Shown piece by piece: positions 1 to 13,887 of a stretch of 64,000 nucleotides of DNA. The notes under the pieces are model-generated. The model saw only the letters and a list, made by a program, of their open reading frames with translations, was not told the DNA's origin and did no database searches. The stretch comes from Escherichia coli (GTDB lineage: Bacteria; Pseudomonadota; Gammaproteobacteria; Enterobacterales; Enterobacteriaceae): NCBI RefSeq assembly GCF_046105845.1, contig NZ_CP151004.1; one strand, written 5' to 3'. The position numbers and the translations under genes were made by a program. The stretch's first letter is position 1. Every line of letters begins with the position of its first letter.

Positions 1-394
1 TGATATTCGCATACGGAGAACATTCTCCGCTGCGAATTACCGCCTGACTTTCTGCGGTTTGTTGTTTGAATTGTTCATGCGTGGTGTAACGAATTTCAAT
101 GGTATTTCCCTGGTGTTTTTGCAGCTGCTCAAGGTGAGTGAGCAACGTTTCGTGGAGTTGCGGATTATGTTGTTTGATCTCTTCCGCGATAATGGCTGCC
201 TCGACCTGCATTTCATTTGTGACGACGCCCAGCACCTGCATAAAAGAAGGTACACCCTGGGTTAATGCCATATCTATACGCGTTGTACTTTTGGGGATGG
301 GTAAACCAGCATCACATACCACCAGCGTATCGGTATGTCCCAGACGGGAGATCACCGATGAAATATCAGAATTAAGAACGGTGCCTTTTTTCAT
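1..394 (-). CDS. rbsD: D-ribose pyranase RbsD, 3' end cut by window edge (start codon at 392-394)
   Basis: Manual reverse-strand translation from 394 gives [47 protein letters not shown]..., matching RbsD as I remember it; GGAG Shine-Dalgarno upstream; ORF runs off the window so it is absent from the ORF track. Confidence 0.85.
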   Translation of the reverse strand, partial: MKKGTVLNSDISSVISRLGHTDTLVVCDAGLPIPKSTTRIDMALTQGVPSFMQVLGVVTNEMQVEAAIIAEEIKQHNPQLHETLLTHLEQLQKHQGNTIEIRYTTHEQFKQQTAESQAVIRSGECSPYANI

Positions 395-405
395 TTTTTT
401 CTCCA

Positions 406-425
406 TCAGCGAAACGTTTCGCTGA
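406..425. promoter_or_regulatory. Perfect 20-bp palindrome TCAGCGAAACGTTTCGCTGA at rbs operon start; candidate RbsR operator
   Basis: Palindrome read directly; position overlapping the rbsD ribosome-binding region; LacI-family operators are of this form (memory). Confidence 0.55.
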
Positions 426-520
426 CCCGCAGTTTAATCCTGACTGAGTTGGGAAAACCATCGTGACGTTACGGAAATGTGATCAACCTCGAAACGTTTT
501 ACATGGTGATTAACCATGAA

Positions 521-556
521 AACAAAAACGCCCCCTTATGGAGAAAGGAGGCGTCT
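521..556 (-). terminator. Putative rho-independent terminator downstream of kup
   Basis: Imperfect GC-rich stem (GACGCCTCCTT / AAGGGGGCGT on minus strand) followed by TTTTTGTTTT. Confidence 0.4.
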
Positions 557-560
557 GGCG

Positions 561-2429
561 TTAGATTTCGACCTGAGTACCCAGTTCGATAACCCTGTTT
601 GGCGGGATTTCAAATTGATCCGGCGCACGCAGCGCATTACGTTGCAACAGCAAGTACAGCTTACCGCGCAGACGCAAATACCACGGGCGTTTGCCGAGGA
701 TCAACGACTCATGCGACATAAAGAAGGAGGTTTCCATCATCCGGCAACTTAATCCTTCCAGACCGCAGCGGTGGAATACTTCTTCCACGTTTGGCGTTTC
801 TCGCCAACCATAACTTGCCACCACGCGCCAGAACGTGGGCGACAGTTGTTCAATCTGTACCCGACGGACGTTATGGACATAAGGCGCGTCTTCGGTGCGC
901 AGAGTTAACAGAATCACCCGCTCATGCAATACCTTGTTATGTTTAAGGTTATGCATCAGCGCAAAGGGAATGACGTTGATTGCACGTGACATATACACCG
1001 CGGTCCCAGGCACGCGAACGGGCGGTGATTTCTCCAGCGAAGCAATCATCGCCTCCAGAGAGTTGCCATGTTCATGCATCCGCCGCAGCAAGCGGAAACG
1101 CTCGCTCTTCCAGGTGGTCATCACGATAAACATCACCGTACCGAGGCTCAATGGCAACCAGCCGCCGGAGAGCAGTTTATCGAGGTTAGCGGTGAACAAT
1201 GGAATATCGACACAAAGGAAAGCAATCAGGATCAGCGCAACAAAATACTTATTCCAGTGCCAGTTCTGACGTGCCACGGTAGTCGAGAGAATAGACGTCA
1301 GCACCATGGTTCCGGTCACCGCAATCCCGTACGCCGCCGCCAGGTTGCTGGAGTGCTCAAAGCTGACAATCACAATCACGACCGCGACATAGAGCATCCA
1401 GTTCACAAACGGAATATAGATTTGCCCTGACTCCATTTCGGAGGTGTGAATAATGCGCATCGGCGACAAATATCCCAGACGTACCGCCTGACGCGTCAAT
1501 GAGAAGACGCCAGAGATAACCGCCTGCGAGGCAATTACCGTCGCCAGTGCGGCGATGATCAGCAGCGGGATCAGCGCCCAGTCCGGTGCCAACAGGAAGA
1601 ACGGGTTCTTAATCGCTTCCGGGTTCTTTAACAACAACGCTCCCTGACCGAAGTAATTAAGGGTCAAGGAAGGTAATACGACGGTGAACCACGCCAGGCG
1701 AATAGGGAACTTACCAAAGTGCCCCATATCAGCATACAGCGCCTCGACCCCCGTAATTGACAGCACCACTGCCCCTAATGCAATAAAAGAAACCGTTTTG
1801 TATTCAAGGAAGAAATGCACCGCCCACATCGGATTCAGCGCATGCAGCACTTCCGGGTTAGCAATAATGCTACGTAACCCCAGTACTGCCAGAATCAAAA
1901 ACCAGGTCAGCATGATCGGTGCAAACAACTTACCGACCATAGCCGTGCCATGTTTTTGAATCATAAATAATAAAGTGAGAACGATAATTGAGAGGGGAAC
2001 TATCCAGGTATCCAGCTGCGGGGCGACGATTTCCAGACCTTCAATGGCAGACATCACCGAAATAGCGGGTGTTATGACGACTTCACCATAGAAAAAACTG
2101 CCGCCGATTAGCCCCATAATCACCAGCATTGATGTCGTTCGCGCCGACGTATTACGCCCGGCAAGCGACATCAACGTCAGGATCCCCCCTTCACCGGCGT
2201 TATCTGCCCGCATCACGAAGGTGAGATATTTAATGGAAACCACAAAAATTAGCAGCCAGAAGATCAGCGATAAAAAGCCAAACACGGCATCGCGTTCAAC
2301 GCCAAAACCAAACTGGCCGGACAAACATTCACGAAGTGTATATAACGGGCTGGTACCAATATCGCCGTAGACAACTCCAATCGCCGCGAGGGTAATCGCG
2401 GGCAATGATTGCTTATTATCAGTGCTCAT
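561..2429 (-). CDS. kup: Low-affinity K+ uptake transporter Kup (TrkD), 622 aa
   Basis: ORF-track 622-aa protein [30 protein letters not shown]..., multi-pass membrane protein; length and sequence match Kup from memory. Confidence 0.95.
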   Translation of the reverse strand: MSTDNKQSLPAITLAAIGVVYGDIGTSPLYTLRECLSGQFGFGVERDAVFGFLSLIFWLLIFVVSIKYLTFVMRADNAGEGGILTLMSLAGRNTSARTTSMLVIMGLIGGSFFYGEVVITPAISVMSAIEGLEIVAPQLDTWIVPLSIIVLTLLFMIQKHGTAMVGKLFAPIMLTWFLILAVLGLRSIIANPEVLHALNPMWAVHFFLEYKTVSFIALGAVVLSITGVEALYADMGHFGKFPIRLAWFTVVLPSLTLNYFGQGALLLKNPEAIKNPFFLLAPDWALIPLLIIAALATVIASQAVISGVFSLTRQAVRLGYLSPMRIIHTSEMESGQIYIPFVNWMLYVAVVIVIVSFEHSSNLAAAYGIAVTGTMVLTSILSTTVARQNWHWNKYFVALILIAFLCVDIPLFTANLDKLLSGGWLPLSLGTVMFIVMTTWKSERFRLLRRMHEHGNSLEAMIASLEKSPPVRVPGTAVYMSRAINVIPFALMHNLKHNKVLHERVILLTLRTEDAPYVHNVRRVQIEQLSPTFWRVVASYGWRETPNVEEVFHRCGLEGLSCRMMETSFFMSHESLILGKRPWYLRLRGKLYLLLQRNALRAPDQFEIPPNRVIELGTQVEI

Positions 2430-2651
2430 AGACTAGTCTTTCGTTGAAATATGAAATGTGTGCTTAGTCCCTTGGCCCACAAAAAAGCGCACAGTATGCA
2501 CGATTAACGGCAAAATCGTACTCCTAAATGCGGCCACATTAACCTGGCTCAAAGAAAAATACCCCCCCTTTGAGACTATTTTAGCCACCAGCAAGAAACG
2601 TCTATACTCGCAATTTACGCAGAACTTTTGACGAAAGGACGCCACTTCATT

Positions 2652-4148
2652 ATGGCTCACCCTCATTTATTAGCGGAAAGAATTTCCCGCCTGAGCAGTT
2701 CGTTGGAAAAGGGGCTTTATGAACGTAGCCACGCCATCCGCTTGTGTTTATTAGCGGCATTAAGTGGTGAAAGTGTGTTCCTCCTTGGCCCGCCAGGCAT
2801 TGCCAAAAGTTTGATCGCCCGGCGCTTAAAATTCGCCTTTCAGAATGCCCGCGCGTTTGAATATCTGATGACCCGCTTCTCCACGCCGGAAGAAGTTTTT
2901 GGTCCCCTTTCTATTCAGGCGCTAAAAGATGAAGGGCGCTATGAACGTTTAACCAGCGGTTACCTGCCGGAAGCAGAAATCGTCTTTCTGGATGAGATCT
3001 GGAAAGCGGGCCCGGCAATTCTTAATACCTTGCTCACCGCCATTAACGAGCGCCAGTTCCGCAACGGTGCACACGTAGAAAAAATCCCGATGCGTCTGCT
3101 GGTGGCGGCCTCCAACGAGCTGCCGGAAGCAGACAGCAGTCTGGAAGCGTTATATGACCGCATGCTGATTCGTCTGTGGTTAGATAAAGTGCAGGATAAA
3201 GCGAATTTCCGCTCCATGCTGACCAGTCAACAGGATGAAAATGACAATCCGGTTCCTGCCTCCTTGCAGGTCACAGATGAAGAATATGAACGCTGGCAGA
3301 AAGAGATTGGTGAAATTACGCTGCCCGATCATGTATTTGAGCTGATTTTTATGCTGCGCCAGCAACTGGATAAATTACCGGATGCGCCTTATGTCTCGGA
3401 TCGTCGCTGGAAAAAAGCGATCCGCTTATTGCAGGCCAGCGCCTTTTTTAGCGGTCGCAGTGCCGTTGCCCCGGTAGATCTCATTTTGCTGAAAGATTGC
3501 CTGTGGTATGACGCGCAAAGCCTGAATTTGATACAACAACAAATTGATGTATTGATGACCGGTCATGCCTGGCAACAGCAAGGGATGTTGACCCGCCTGG
3601 GCGCGATTGTGCAACGTCACCTGCAACTACAGCAGCAACAAAGCGATAAAACAGCCTTAACGGTAATTCGTCTGGGCGGCATTTTCAGCCGTCGTCAGCA
3701 GTATCAACTCCCTGTTAACGTTACAGCTTCCACTCTGACTCTGCTGCTGCAAAAACCGTTAAAACTGCATGATATGGAAGTGGTTCATATCTCCTTTGAG
3801 CGTAACGCGCTGGAACAGTGGCTGAGTAAAGGTGGTGAAATTCGCGGCAAACTGAACGGTATCGGCTTTGCTCAGAAATTGAATCTGGAAGTGGATAGCG
3901 CCCAACATCTTGTTGTACGCGATGTAAGTTTACAAGGCAGTACGCTGGCACTTCCCGGTTCATCGGCTGAAGGTCTGCCAGGTGAAATAAAACAACAACT
4001 GGAAGAGCTTGAAAGCGACTGGCGCAAGCAACACGCTTTATTCAGCGAACAGCAAAAATGTCTGTTTATCCCTGGCGACTGGTTAGGTCGCATTGAAGCC
4101 AGCCTACAGGATGTCGGCGCACAGATTCGCCAGGCACAACAATGCTAA
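2652..4148 (+). CDS. ravA: AAA+ MoxR-family ATPase RavA, 498 aa
   Basis: ORF-track protein with Walker A GPPGIAKS; start trimmed to the ATG giving [14 protein letters not shown] (track ORF begins 24 nt upstream at a non-ATG codon). Confidence 0.93.
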   Translation: MAHPHLLAERISRLSSSLEKGLYERSHAIRLCLLAALSGESVFLLGPPGIAKSLIARRLKFAFQNARAFEYLMTRFSTPEEVFGPLSIQALKDEGRYERLTSGYLPEAEIVFLDEIWKAGPAILNTLLTAINERQFRNGAHVEKIPMRLLVAASNELPEADSSLEALYDRMLIRLWLDKVQDKANFRSMLTSQQDENDNPVPASLQVTDEEYERWQKEIGEITLPDHVFELIFMLRQQLDKLPDAPYVSDRRWKKAIRLLQASAFFSGRSAVAPVDLILLKDCLWYDAQSLNLIQQQIDVLMTGHAWQQQGMLTRLGAIVQRHLQLQQQQSDKTALTVIRLGGIFSRRQQYQLPVNVTASTLTLLLQKPLKLHDMEVVHISFERNALEQWLSKGGEIRGKLNGIGFAQKLNLEVDSAQHLVVRDVSLQGSTLALPGSSAEGLPGEIKQQLEELESDWRKQHALFSEQQKCLFIPGDWLGRIEASLQDVGAQIRQAQQC

Positions 4149-5593
4149 CGCTGGATACGCTTAATGTGATGCTGGCCGTCAGCGAAGAGGGATTGATCGA
4201 AGAGATGATCATCGCGCTGCTGGCCTCACCGCAGCTGGCAGTCTTCTTTGAAAAATTCCCACGACTGAAGGCGGCAATCACTGATGATGTTCCCCGCTGG
4301 CGTGAGGCGCTGCGCAGTCGGCTGAAAGATGCCCGAGTCCCGCCGGAACTCACCGAAGAGGTGATGTGCTATCAGCAAAGCCAGCTCCTCTCCACGCCGC
4401 AGTTTATTGTGCAGCTACCACAGATCCTGGACTTACTGCATCGTCTGAATTCCCCATGGGCAGAACAAGCCCGACAGTTGGTTGATGCTAACAGCACGAT
4501 CACTTCAGCGTTACACACGCTTTTTCTCCAGCGTTGGCGTTTAAGTCTGATCGTGCAAGCAACGACGTTAAATCAACAGCTATTAGAAGAAGAACGCGAA
4601 CAACTGTTGAGTGAAGTTCAGGAACGCATGACGCTGAGCGGGCAACTTGAACCCATTCTCGCAGATAACAATACCGCAGCTGGTCGTCTGTGGGATATGA
4701 GCGCCGGTCAGCTTAAACGTGGCGACTATCAGTTGATTGTGAAATACGGTGAATTTCTTAACGAACAGCCGGAACTGAAACGCCTGGCAGAACAGCTGGG
4801 GCGTTCCCGGGAAGCCAAATCAATACCGCGCAACGATGCGCAGATGGAAACCTTCCGCACCATGGTGCGCGAACCGGCGACAGTTCCTGAGCAGGTTGAT
4901 GGTCTGCAACAAAGCGATGATATTTTACGTCTCCTGCCGCCAGAACTGGCGACACTGGGGATAACGGAACTGGAGTATGAGTTTTACCGTCGGCTGGTGG
5001 AAAAACAGTTGCTCACCTATCGCCTGCACGGTGAGTCGTGGCGTGAAAAAGTGATCGAACGCCCGGTGGTGCATAAAGATTACGACGAACAGCCGCGCGG
5101 ACCGTTTATTGTCTGCGTGGATACTTCCGGCTCAATGGGCGGCTTTAATGAACAATGTGCGAAAGCGTTCTGCCTGGCCTTGATGCGCATTGCTCTCGCT
5201 GAAAACCGGCGCTGCTATATTATGTTATTTTCCACCGAGATCGTCCGTTATGAGCTTTCAGGCCCACAAGGTATTGAGCAAGCGATCCGCTTTTTAAGTC
5301 AGCAGTTTCGTGGCGGCACCGATCTTGCCAGTTGTTTTCGCGCCATTATGGAACGCTTGCAAAGTCGGGAGTGGTTTGACGCCGATGCGGTGGTGATTTC
5401 TGATTTTATCGCCCAGCGGTTGCCTGACGACGTGACGAGCAAAGTGAAAGAGTTGCAGCGGGTACATCAGCATCGCTTTCATGCCGTGGCGATGTCGACA
5501 CATGGCAAACCCGGCATCATGCGCATTTTCGATCATATCTGGCGCTTTGATACCGGGATGCGAAGCCGCCTGCTCAGACGCTGGCGGCGATAA
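4142..5593 (+). CDS. viaA: VWA-domain protein ViaA, 483 aa
   Basis: ORF-track protein [18 protein letters not shown]...; 7-nt overlap with ravA as in the ravA-viaA operon. Confidence 0.93.
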   Translation: MLTLDTLNVMLAVSEEGLIEEMIIALLASPQLAVFFEKFPRLKAAITDDVPRWREALRSRLKDARVPPELTEEVMCYQQSQLLSTPQFIVQLPQILDLLHRLNSPWAEQARQLVDANSTITSALHTLFLQRWRLSLIVQATTLNQQLLEEEREQLLSEVQERMTLSGQLEPILADNNTAAGRLWDMSAGQLKRGDYQLIVKYGEFLNEQPELKRLAEQLGRSREAKSIPRNDAQMETFRTMVREPATVPEQVDGLQQSDDILRLLPPELATLGITELEYEFYRRLVEKQLLTYRLHGESWREKVIERPVVHKDYDEQPRGPFIVCVDTSGSMGGFNEQCAKAFCLALMRIALAENRRCYIMLFSTEIVRYELSGPQGIEQAIRFLSQQFRGGTDLASCFRAIMERLQSREWFDADAVVISDFIAQRLPDDVTSKVKELQRVHQHRFHAVAMSTHGKPGIMRIFDHIWRFDTGMRSRLLRRWRR

Positions 5594-5597
5594 ATTA

Positions 5598-6590
5598 TTA
5601 CAGCAGAGAAGGGACGCTCTCGCGAACAGCTGCCGGCCATACACCACACTGAACCTGGCCGATATGTGGCAGTTGCAGCAGCAGCATGGTCAAACGAGAC
5701 TGCCCGATACCGCCGCCGATGGTCTGCGGCATTTCACCGCGCAGCAGCGCCTGATGCCACTCCAGCTCCAGGCGATCTTCGTCACCGGTCAGCGCCAGCT
5801 GATGCTTCAGCGTGTCGGCATCCACGCGGATCCCCATGGAAGAAAGCTCAAACGCATCTTCCAGTACCGGGTTCCACACCAGAATATCTCCGTTCAGACC
5901 CGCATGGCCCAGCTCTGACGGGGTGCTCCAGTCATCATAATCCGGTGCGCGCACGTCGTGGCGATGACCATCGCTCAGCTTGCCGCCAATCCCGACAAGG
6001 AATACCGCACCAAGATCTTTCGCTATCGCCCGCTCACGCCCTTTGGCATCAAGATCCGGATAACGAGACAGTAACTCCTGGCTGTGTACGAAGTGGATCT
6101 GATCCGGCAGGAACGATGCCAGGCCAAACTCTTCGCTAACTGCAGCTTCGGTTGCTTTAATTCCCGCCCAGATCGCCTCTACCGTGCTTTTCAGAGTCGA
6201 GAATTGACGCTCGCCGTCGCCCATTACGCGTTCCCAGTCCCACTGATCAACATAGACCGAGTGCAACGGGGAAAGACGGTCTTCATCGGGGCGAAGGGCT
6301 TTCATGTGGGTGTACAGCCCTTCGCCCGCGCTGAAGTCGTGTTGCCCTAAGGTCTGACGTTTCCACTTCGCCAGTGAATGAACCACTTCGAACTGGGCAT
6401 CAGGCAGAGCTTTCACTTTTACCTGCACCGCTTTTTCACAGCCCGACAAGTTATCCTGCGTGCCATCCCCCACACGGCTAAGAATCGGCGCCTGGACTTC
6501 GATCAGCCCCAGACGTTCTTCCAGTTGACGAGAAAAGTGAGATTTCACGAAGCTAATTTGACGTTGTTTGGCAATGTAAGCGGTTTTCAT
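5598..6590 (-). CDS. asnA: Aspartate-ammonia ligase (asparagine synthetase A), 330 aa
   Basis: ORF-track protein [48 protein letters not shown]... Confidence 0.95.
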   Translation of the reverse strand: MKTAYIAKQRQISFVKSHFSRQLEERLGLIEVQAPILSRVGDGTQDNLSGCEKAVQVKVKALPDAQFEVVHSLAKWKRQTLGQHDFSAGEGLYTHMKALRPDEDRLSPLHSVYVDQWDWERVMGDGERQFSTLKSTVEAIWAGIKATEAAVSEEFGLASFLPDQIHFVHSQELLSRYPDLDAKGRERAIAKDLGAVFLVGIGGKLSDGHRHDVRAPDYDDWSTPSELGHAGLNGDILVWNPVLEDAFELSSMGIRVDADTLKHQLALTGDEDRLELEWHQALLRGEMPQTIGGGIGQSRLTMLLLQLPHIGQVQCGVWPAAVRESVPSLL

Positions 6591-6741
6591 TTTTTATACT
6601 CCTGCGTCCTGTTGCTTATGATTAAGCAACAAAAACCGACACACATGCAATAATCATTCAATAAAAAGCCTAACTCACTTTTGATTCATTAAAAAAGAAG
6701 GCTAAAATAGAATGAATCATCAATCCGCATAAGAAAATCCT

Positions 6742-7200
6742 ATGGAAAATTATCTAATCGACAATCTGGACCGTGGCATCCTGGAAGCATTAATGGGCAA
6801 TGCGCGCACCGCTTACGCCGAACTGGCGAAACAATTTGGCGTCAGTCCGGGGACGATTCACGTTCGAGTAGAGAAAATGAAGCAGGCGGGGATCATTACC
6901 GGGGCGCGTATTGATGTCAGCCCGAAGCAGCTCGGTTATGACGTAGGCTGCTTTATCGGCATTATATTAAAGAGCGCCAAAGACTATCCTTCCGCGCTGG
7001 CGAAACTGGAAAGCCTTGATGAAGTCACTGAAGCCTATTACACCACCGGCCACTACAGCATCTTTATAAAAGTGATGTGCCGTTCGATCGACGCTCTCCA
7101 GCATGTACTTATCAACAAGATCCAAACAATTGATGAAATTCAGTCCACCGAGACATTGATCGTCCTGCAAAACCCGATCATGCGTACCATCAAGCCCTGA
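6742..7200 (+). CDS. asnC: Lrp/AsnC-family transcriptional regulator AsnC, 152 aa
   Basis: ORF-track protein MENYLIDNLDRGILEALMGNARTAYAELAKQFGVSPGTIHVRVEKM..., divergent from asnA. Confidence 0.95.
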   Translation: MENYLIDNLDRGILEALMGNARTAYAELAKQFGVSPGTIHVRVEKMKQAGIITGARIDVSPKQLGYDVGCFIGIILKSAKDYPSALAKLESLDEVTEAYYTTGHYSIFIKVMCRSIDALQHVLINKIQTIDEIQSTETLIVLQNPIMRTIKP

Positions 7201-7289
7201 TCGGCTTTTTTAATCCCATACTTTTCCACAGGTAGATCCCAACGCGTTCACAGCGTACAATACGCCACTCTTAATAAAGGTGGCGGTTT

Positions 7290-7733
7290 ATGGCAGATAT
7301 CACTCTTATCAGCGGCAGCACCCTCGGCGGTGCCGAATATGTAGCAGAACACCTGGCTGAAAAGCTGGAAGAGGCGGGTTTTACCACCGAAACGCTGCAC
7401 GGTCCGCTGTTGGAAGATTTATCTGCCTCGGGGATCTGGCTGGTTATCAGCTCCACCCACGGTGCCGGAGACATTCCGGACAACCTTTCTCCTTTCTATG
7501 AAGCATTGCAGGAACAGAAGCCCGATCTTTCTGCGGTCCGCTTTGGCGCTATCGGTATTGGCAGTCGTGAATATGACACCTTTTGTGGGGCTATCGATAA
7601 ACTCGAGGCAGAACTCAAAAATTCCGGTGCAAAACAGACGGGCGAAACTCTGAAGATCAACATTCTTGATCACGACATTCCGGAAGATCCGGCAGAAGAA
7701 TGGCTGGGATCGTGGATTAATTTACTCAAATAA
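7290..7733 (+). CDS. mioC: Flavodoxin-like FMN protein MioC, 147 aa
   Basis: ORF-track protein MADITLISGSTLGGAEYVAEHLAEKLEEAGF...; sits immediately beside oriC. Confidence 0.95.
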   Translation: MADITLISGSTLGGAEYVAEHLAEKLEEAGFTTETLHGPLLEDLSASGIWLVISSTHGAGDIPDNLSPFYEALQEQKPDLSAVRFGAIGIGSREYDTFCGAIDKLEAELKNSGAKQTGETLKINILDHDIPEDPAEEWLGSWINLLK

Positions 7734-7741
7734 GTATACAG

Positions 7742-8023
7742 ATCGTGCGATCTACTGTGGATAACTCTGTCAGGAAGCTTGGATCAACCGGTAGTTATCC
7801 AAAGAACAACGGTTGTTCAGTTTTTGAGTTGTGTATAACCCCTCATTCTGATCCCAGCTTATACGGTCCAGGATCACCGATCATTCACAGTTAATGATCC
7901 TTTCCAGGTTATTGATCTTAAAAGCCGGATCCTTGTTATCCACAGGGTAGTGCGATCCTAATAAGAGATCACAATAGAACAGATCTCTAAATAAATAGAT
8001 CTTCTTTTTAATACCCAGGATCC
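7742..8023. other. Chromosomal replication origin oriC
   Basis: DnaA boxes read directly: TGTGGATAA at 7756-7764 (R4), TTATCCACA at 7936-7944 (R1), TTATCCAAA-type and TGTGTATAA boxes between; three AT-rich 13-mers ending in GATC at 7958-7970, 7973-7985, 7989-8001; very high GATC density; flanked by mioC and gidA as expected. Confidence 0.95.
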
Positions 8024-8111
8024 CAGGTCTTTCTCAAGCCGACAAAGTTGAGTAGAATCCACGGCCCGGGCTTCAATCCATTTTCATACCGCGTTATGCG
8101 AGGCAATCACC

Positions 8112-10001
8112 ATGTTTTATCCGGATCCTTTTGACGTCATCATCATTGGCGGGGGTCATGCAGGCACCGAGGCCGCGATGGCCGCGGCGCGTATGGGTCA
8201 ACAGACTCTGCTTTTGACACACAATATCGACACTCTGGGGCAGATGAGCTGCAACCCGGCGATCGGCGGTATTGGGAAGGGACATCTGGTAAAAGAAGTG
8301 GATGCACTCGGCGGTCTGATGGCGAAAGCGATCGATCAGGCGGGTATCCAGTTTAGGATACTAAACGCAAGCAAGGGACCAGCGGTTCGCGCTACCCGTG
8401 CTCAGGCGGATCGTGTGCTCTACCGGCAGGCGGTACGTACGGCGCTGGAGAACCAACCGAACCTGATGATCTTCCAGCAGGCGGTTGAAGATCTTATTGT
8501 CGAAAACGATCGCGTGGTCGGTGCTGTTACCCAAATGGGACTGAAGTTCCGTGCCAAAGCCGTCGTGCTCACCGTTGGGACGTTCCTCGACGGTAAAATT
8601 CATATCGGTCTGGATAACTACAGCGGTGGTCGTGCTGGTGATCCGCCGTCCATTCCGCTCTCTCGCCGTTTGCGTGAACTGCCGCTGCGCGTTGGTCGTC
8701 TGAAAACCGGGACACCGCCGCGTATTGATGCGCGTACTATCGACTTCAGCGTGCTGGCGCAACAGCATGGCGATAACCCAATGCCGGTATTCTCGTTTAT
8801 GGGTAATGCGTCCCAGCATCCACAGCAGGTGCCGTGTTATATCACCCATACCAACGAGAAAACCCATGATGTGATCCGCAGTAATCTCGATCGTAGCCCA
8901 ATGTATGCAGGGGTGATCGAAGGTGTCGGCCCACGCTACTGCCCGTCGATCGAAGACAAAGTCATGCGCTTCGCCGACAGAAATCAGCATCAGATCTTCC
9001 TTGAACCGGAAGGGCTGACCTCAAACGAAATTTATCCGAACGGTATCTCCACCAGCCTGCCGTTCGATGTGCAGATGCAAATCGTCCGCTCCATGCAGGG
9101 GATGGAAAACGCGAAGATCGTGCGTCCGGGTTATGCCATTGAGTATGACTTCTTCGATCCACGCGACCTGAAACCGACGCTGGAGAGCAAGTTTATCCAG
9201 GGGCTGTTCTTTGCTGGTCAGATTAACGGCACTACCGGTTACGAAGAAGCCGCTGCGCAAGGTTTGCTGGCCGGTCTTAACGCTGCCCGTCTGTCTGCTG
9301 ACAAAGAAGGTTGGGCTCCGGCGCGTTCTCAGGCCTATCTCGGCGTACTGGTTGATGACCTGTGCACTTTAGGAACTAAAGAACCGTATCGTATGTTTAC
9401 CTCGCGCGCAGAATATCGTCTGATGCTGCGCGAAGATAATGCAGATCTGCGTTTGACTGAAATCGGTCGTGAACTGGGCCTGGTGGATGACGAACGTTGG
9501 GCGCGCTTTAACGAGAAACTTGAGAATATCGAGCGTGAGCGTCAGCGTCTGAAATCGACCTGGGTAACCCCGTCGGCGGAAGCTGCAGCCGAAGTGAATG
9601 CTCACCTGACTGCGCCGCTTTCCCGTGAAGCCAGTGGTGAAGATCTGCTGCGTCGTCCGGAAATGACTTATGAAAAATTAACCACGCTGACGCCGTTTGC
9701 CCCTGCGTTGACAGACGATCAGGCGGCGGAACAGGTTGAGATTCAGGTTAAATACGAAGGTTATATCGCGCGCCAGCAAGATGAGATCGAAAAGCAGCTG
9801 CGTAACGAGAACACCCTGCTACCAGCGACGCTGGATTACCGCCAGGTATCCGGTCTTTCTAACGAAGTGATCGCCAAACTTAACGATCACAAACCGGCCT
9901 CTATCGGCCAGGCTTCGCGTATTTCTGGCGTCACGCCTGCGGCCATCTCCATTCTGCTGGTGTGGCTGAAAAAACAGGGTATGCTGCGTCGTAGCGCATA
10001 A
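8112..10001 (+). CDS. mnmG: tRNA uridine 5-carboxymethylaminomethyl modification enzyme MnmG (GidA), 629 aa
   Basis: ORF-track protein [29 protein letters not shown]... with FAD-binding GGGHAG motif. Confidence 0.95.
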   Translation: MFYPDPFDVIIIGGGHAGTEAAMAAARMGQQTLLLTHNIDTLGQMSCNPAIGGIGKGHLVKEVDALGGLMAKAIDQAGIQFRILNASKGPAVRATRAQADRVLYRQAVRTALENQPNLMIFQQAVEDLIVENDRVVGAVTQMGLKFRAKAVVLTVGTFLDGKIHIGLDNYSGGRAGDPPSIPLSRRLRELPLRVGRLKTGTPPRIDARTIDFSVLAQQHGDNPMPVFSFMGNASQHPQQVPCYITHTNEKTHDVIRSNLDRSPMYAGVIEGVGPRYCPSIEDKVMRFADRNQHQIFLEPEGLTSNEIYPNGISTSLPFDVQMQIVRSMQGMENAKIVRPGYAIEYDFFDPRDLKPTLESKFIQGLFFAGQINGTTGYEEAAAQGLLAGLNAARLSADKEGWAPARSQAYLGVLVDDLCTLGTKEPYRMFTSRAEYRLMLREDNADLRLTEIGRELGLVDDERWARFNEKLENIERERQRLKSTWVTPSAEAAAEVNAHLTAPLSREASGEDLLRRPEMTYEKLTTLTPFAPALTDDQAAEQVEIQVKYEGYIARQQDEIEKQLRNENTLLPATLDYRQVSGLSNEVIAKLNDHKPASIGQASRISGVTPAAISILLVWLKKQGMLRRSA

Positions 10002-10064
10002 CGCATTAAAAATGCCTGGTAAGCACCCGCTTACCGGGCAACGCATCAAGAACAGGTAATCACC

Positions 10065-10688
10065 GTGCTCAACAAACTCACCTCTCTGCTGAAAGACGCA
10101 GGAATTTCGCTTACCGATCACCAGAAAAACCAGCTAATTGCCTACGTGAATATGCTGCATAAATGGAATAAAGCGTACAACCTGACTTCGGTCCGCGATC
10201 CTAATGAGATGCTGGTACGCCATATTCTCGATAGCATTGTGGTGGCACCGTATCTGCAAGGTGAACGGTTTATCGATGTCGGCACCGGACCAGGACTGCC
10301 TGGCATTCCACTCTCTATCGTACGTCCTGAAGCCCACTTCACGTTGTTGGATAGCCTTGGTAAACGCGTGCGTTTCCTTCGTCAGGTGCAACATGAGCTT
10401 AAACTGGAGAATATTGAGCCAGTACAGAGCAGGGTAGAAGAGTTTCCTTCTGAGCCGCCATTTGATGGCGTAATTAGCCGCGCTTTTGCCTCTCTGAACG
10501 ATATGGTGAGCTGGTGCCACCATCTTCCTGGTGAGCAAGGTCGTTTCTACGCGCTGAAAGGCCAAATGCCGGAAGATGAAATCGCTTTGTTGCCCGAAGA
10601 ATATCAGGTCGAATCAGTGGTTAAACTTCACGTTCCGGCCCTGGATGGCGAACGTCATCTGGTGGTGATTAAAGCAAATAAAATTTAA
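10065..10688 (+). CDS. rsmG: 16S rRNA m7G527 methyltransferase RsmG (GidB), 207 aa
   Basis: ORF-track protein ...[17 protein letters not shown]... SAM-methyltransferase motif; follows mnmG. Confidence 0.95.
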   Translation: MLNKLTSLLKDAGISLTDHQKNQLIAYVNMLHKWNKAYNLTSVRDPNEMLVRHILDSIVVAPYLQGERFIDVGTGPGLPGIPLSIVRPEAHFTLLDSLGKRVRFLRQVQHELKLENIEPVQSRVEEFPSEPPFDGVISRAFASLNDMVSWCHHLPGEQGRFYALKGQMPEDEIALLPEEYQVESVVKLHVPALDGERHLVVIKANKI

Positions 10689-11304
10689 TTTTTATCAAAA
10701 AAATCATAAAAAATTGACCGGTTAGACTGTTAACAACAACCAGGTTTTCTACTGATATAACTGGTTACATTTAACGCCACGTTCACTCTTTTGCATCAAC
10801 AAAGTAACGTGGCTTTTTTTGGTAAGCAGAAAATAAGTCATAAGTGAAAATATCAGTCTGCTAAAAATCGGCGCTAAGAATCATCATTGGCTGTTAAAAC
10901 ATTATTAAAAATGTCAATGGGTGGTTTTTGTTGTGTAAATGTCATTTATTAAAACAGTATCTGTTTTTAGACTGAAATATCATAAACTTGCAAAGGCATC
11001 ATTTGCCAAGTAAATAAATATGCTGTGCGCGAACATGCTCAATATGTGATCTGAAGCACGCTTTATCACCAGTGTTTACGCGTTATTTACAGTTTTTCAT
11101 GATCGAACAGGGTTTGCAGAAAAGTCGCAATTGTATGCACTGGAAAAATATTTAAACATTTATTCACCTTTTGGCTACTTATTGTTTGAAATCACGGGGG
11201 CGCACCGTATAATTTGACCGCTTTTTGATGCTTGACTCTAAGCCTTAAAGAAAGTTTTATACGACACGCGGCATACCTCGAAGGGAGCAGGAGTGAAAAA
11301 CGTG

Positions 11305-12509
<1,205 letters not shown>

Positions 12510-12537
12510 TTTACCAACACTACTACGTTTTAACTGA

Positions 12538-12812
<275 letters not shown>

Positions 12813-12856
12813 TAAAGAGCAATATCAGAACGTTAACTAAATAGAGGCATTGTGCT

Positions 12857-13327
12857 GTGAATCTTAACGCAACAATCCTCGGCCAGGCCATCGCGTTTGT
12901 CCTGTTCGTTCTGTTCTGCATGAAGTACGTATGGCCGCCATTAATGGCAGCCATCGAAAAACGTCAAAAAGAAATTGCTGACGGCCTTGCTTCCGCAGAA
13001 CGAGCACATAAGGACCTTGACCTTGCAAAGGCCAGCGCGACCGACCAGCTGAAAAAAGCGAAAGCGGAAGCCCAGGTAATCATCGAGCAAGCGAACAAAC
13101 GCCGCTCGCAGATTCTGGACGAAGCGAAAGCTGAGGCAGAACAGGAACGTACTAAAATCGTGGCCCAGGCGCAGGCGGAAATTGAAGCCGAGCGTAAACG
13201 TGCCCGTGAAGAGCTGCGTAAGCAAGTTGCTATCCTGGCTGTTGCTGGCGCCGAGAAGATCATCGAACGTTCCGTGGATGAAGCTGCTAACAGCGACATC
13301 GTGGATAAACTTGTCGCTGAACTGTAA
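12857..13327 (+). CDS. atpF: F0F1 ATP synthase subunit b, 156 aa
   Basis: ORF-track protein [44 protein letters not shown]... Confidence 0.96.
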
Positions 13328-13341
13328 GGAGGGAGGGGCTG

Positions 13342-13875
13342 ATGTCTGAATTTATTACGGTAGCTCGCCCCTACGCCAAAGCAGCTTTTGACTTTGCCGT
13401 CGAACACCAAAGTGTAGAACGCTGGCAGGACATGCTGGCGTTTGCCGCCGAGGTAACCAAAAACGAACAAATGGCAGAGCTTCTCTCTGGCGCGCTTGCG
13501 CCAGAAACGCTCGCCGAGTCGTTTATCGCAGTTTGTGGTGAGCAACTGGACGAAAACGGTCAGAACCTGATTCGGGTAATGGCTGAAAATGGTCGTCTTA
13601 ACGCGCTCCCGGATGTTCTGGAGCAGTTTATTCACCTGCGTGCCGTGAGTGAGGCTACCGCTGAGGTAGACGTCATTTCCGCTGCCGCACTGAGTGAACA
13701 ACAGCTCGCGAAAATTTCTGCTGCGATGGAAAAACGTCTGTCACGCAAAGTTAAGCTGAATTGCAAAATCGATAAGTCTGTAATGGCAGGCGTTATCATC
13801 CGAGCGGGTGATATGGTCATTGATGGCAGCGTACGCGGTCGTCTTGAGCGCCTTGCAGACGTCTTGCAGTCTTAA
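13342..13875 (+). CDS. atpH: F0F1 ATP synthase subunit delta, 177 aa
   Basis: ORF-track protein [32 protein letters not shown]... Confidence 0.96.
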
Positions 13876-13887
13876 GGGGACTGGAGC

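Noticed and set aside
395-560. Possible missing insertion between kup and rbsD
   Set aside because: From memory K-12 has an IS150 copy in this spacer; here kup and rbsD are directly adjacent. That is the ancestral state, not a feature of this sequence, so nothing is reported.
8361-8990. 209-aa minus-strand ORF inside mnmG (gidA)
   Set aside because: Antisense to a conserved core gene; no start signals.
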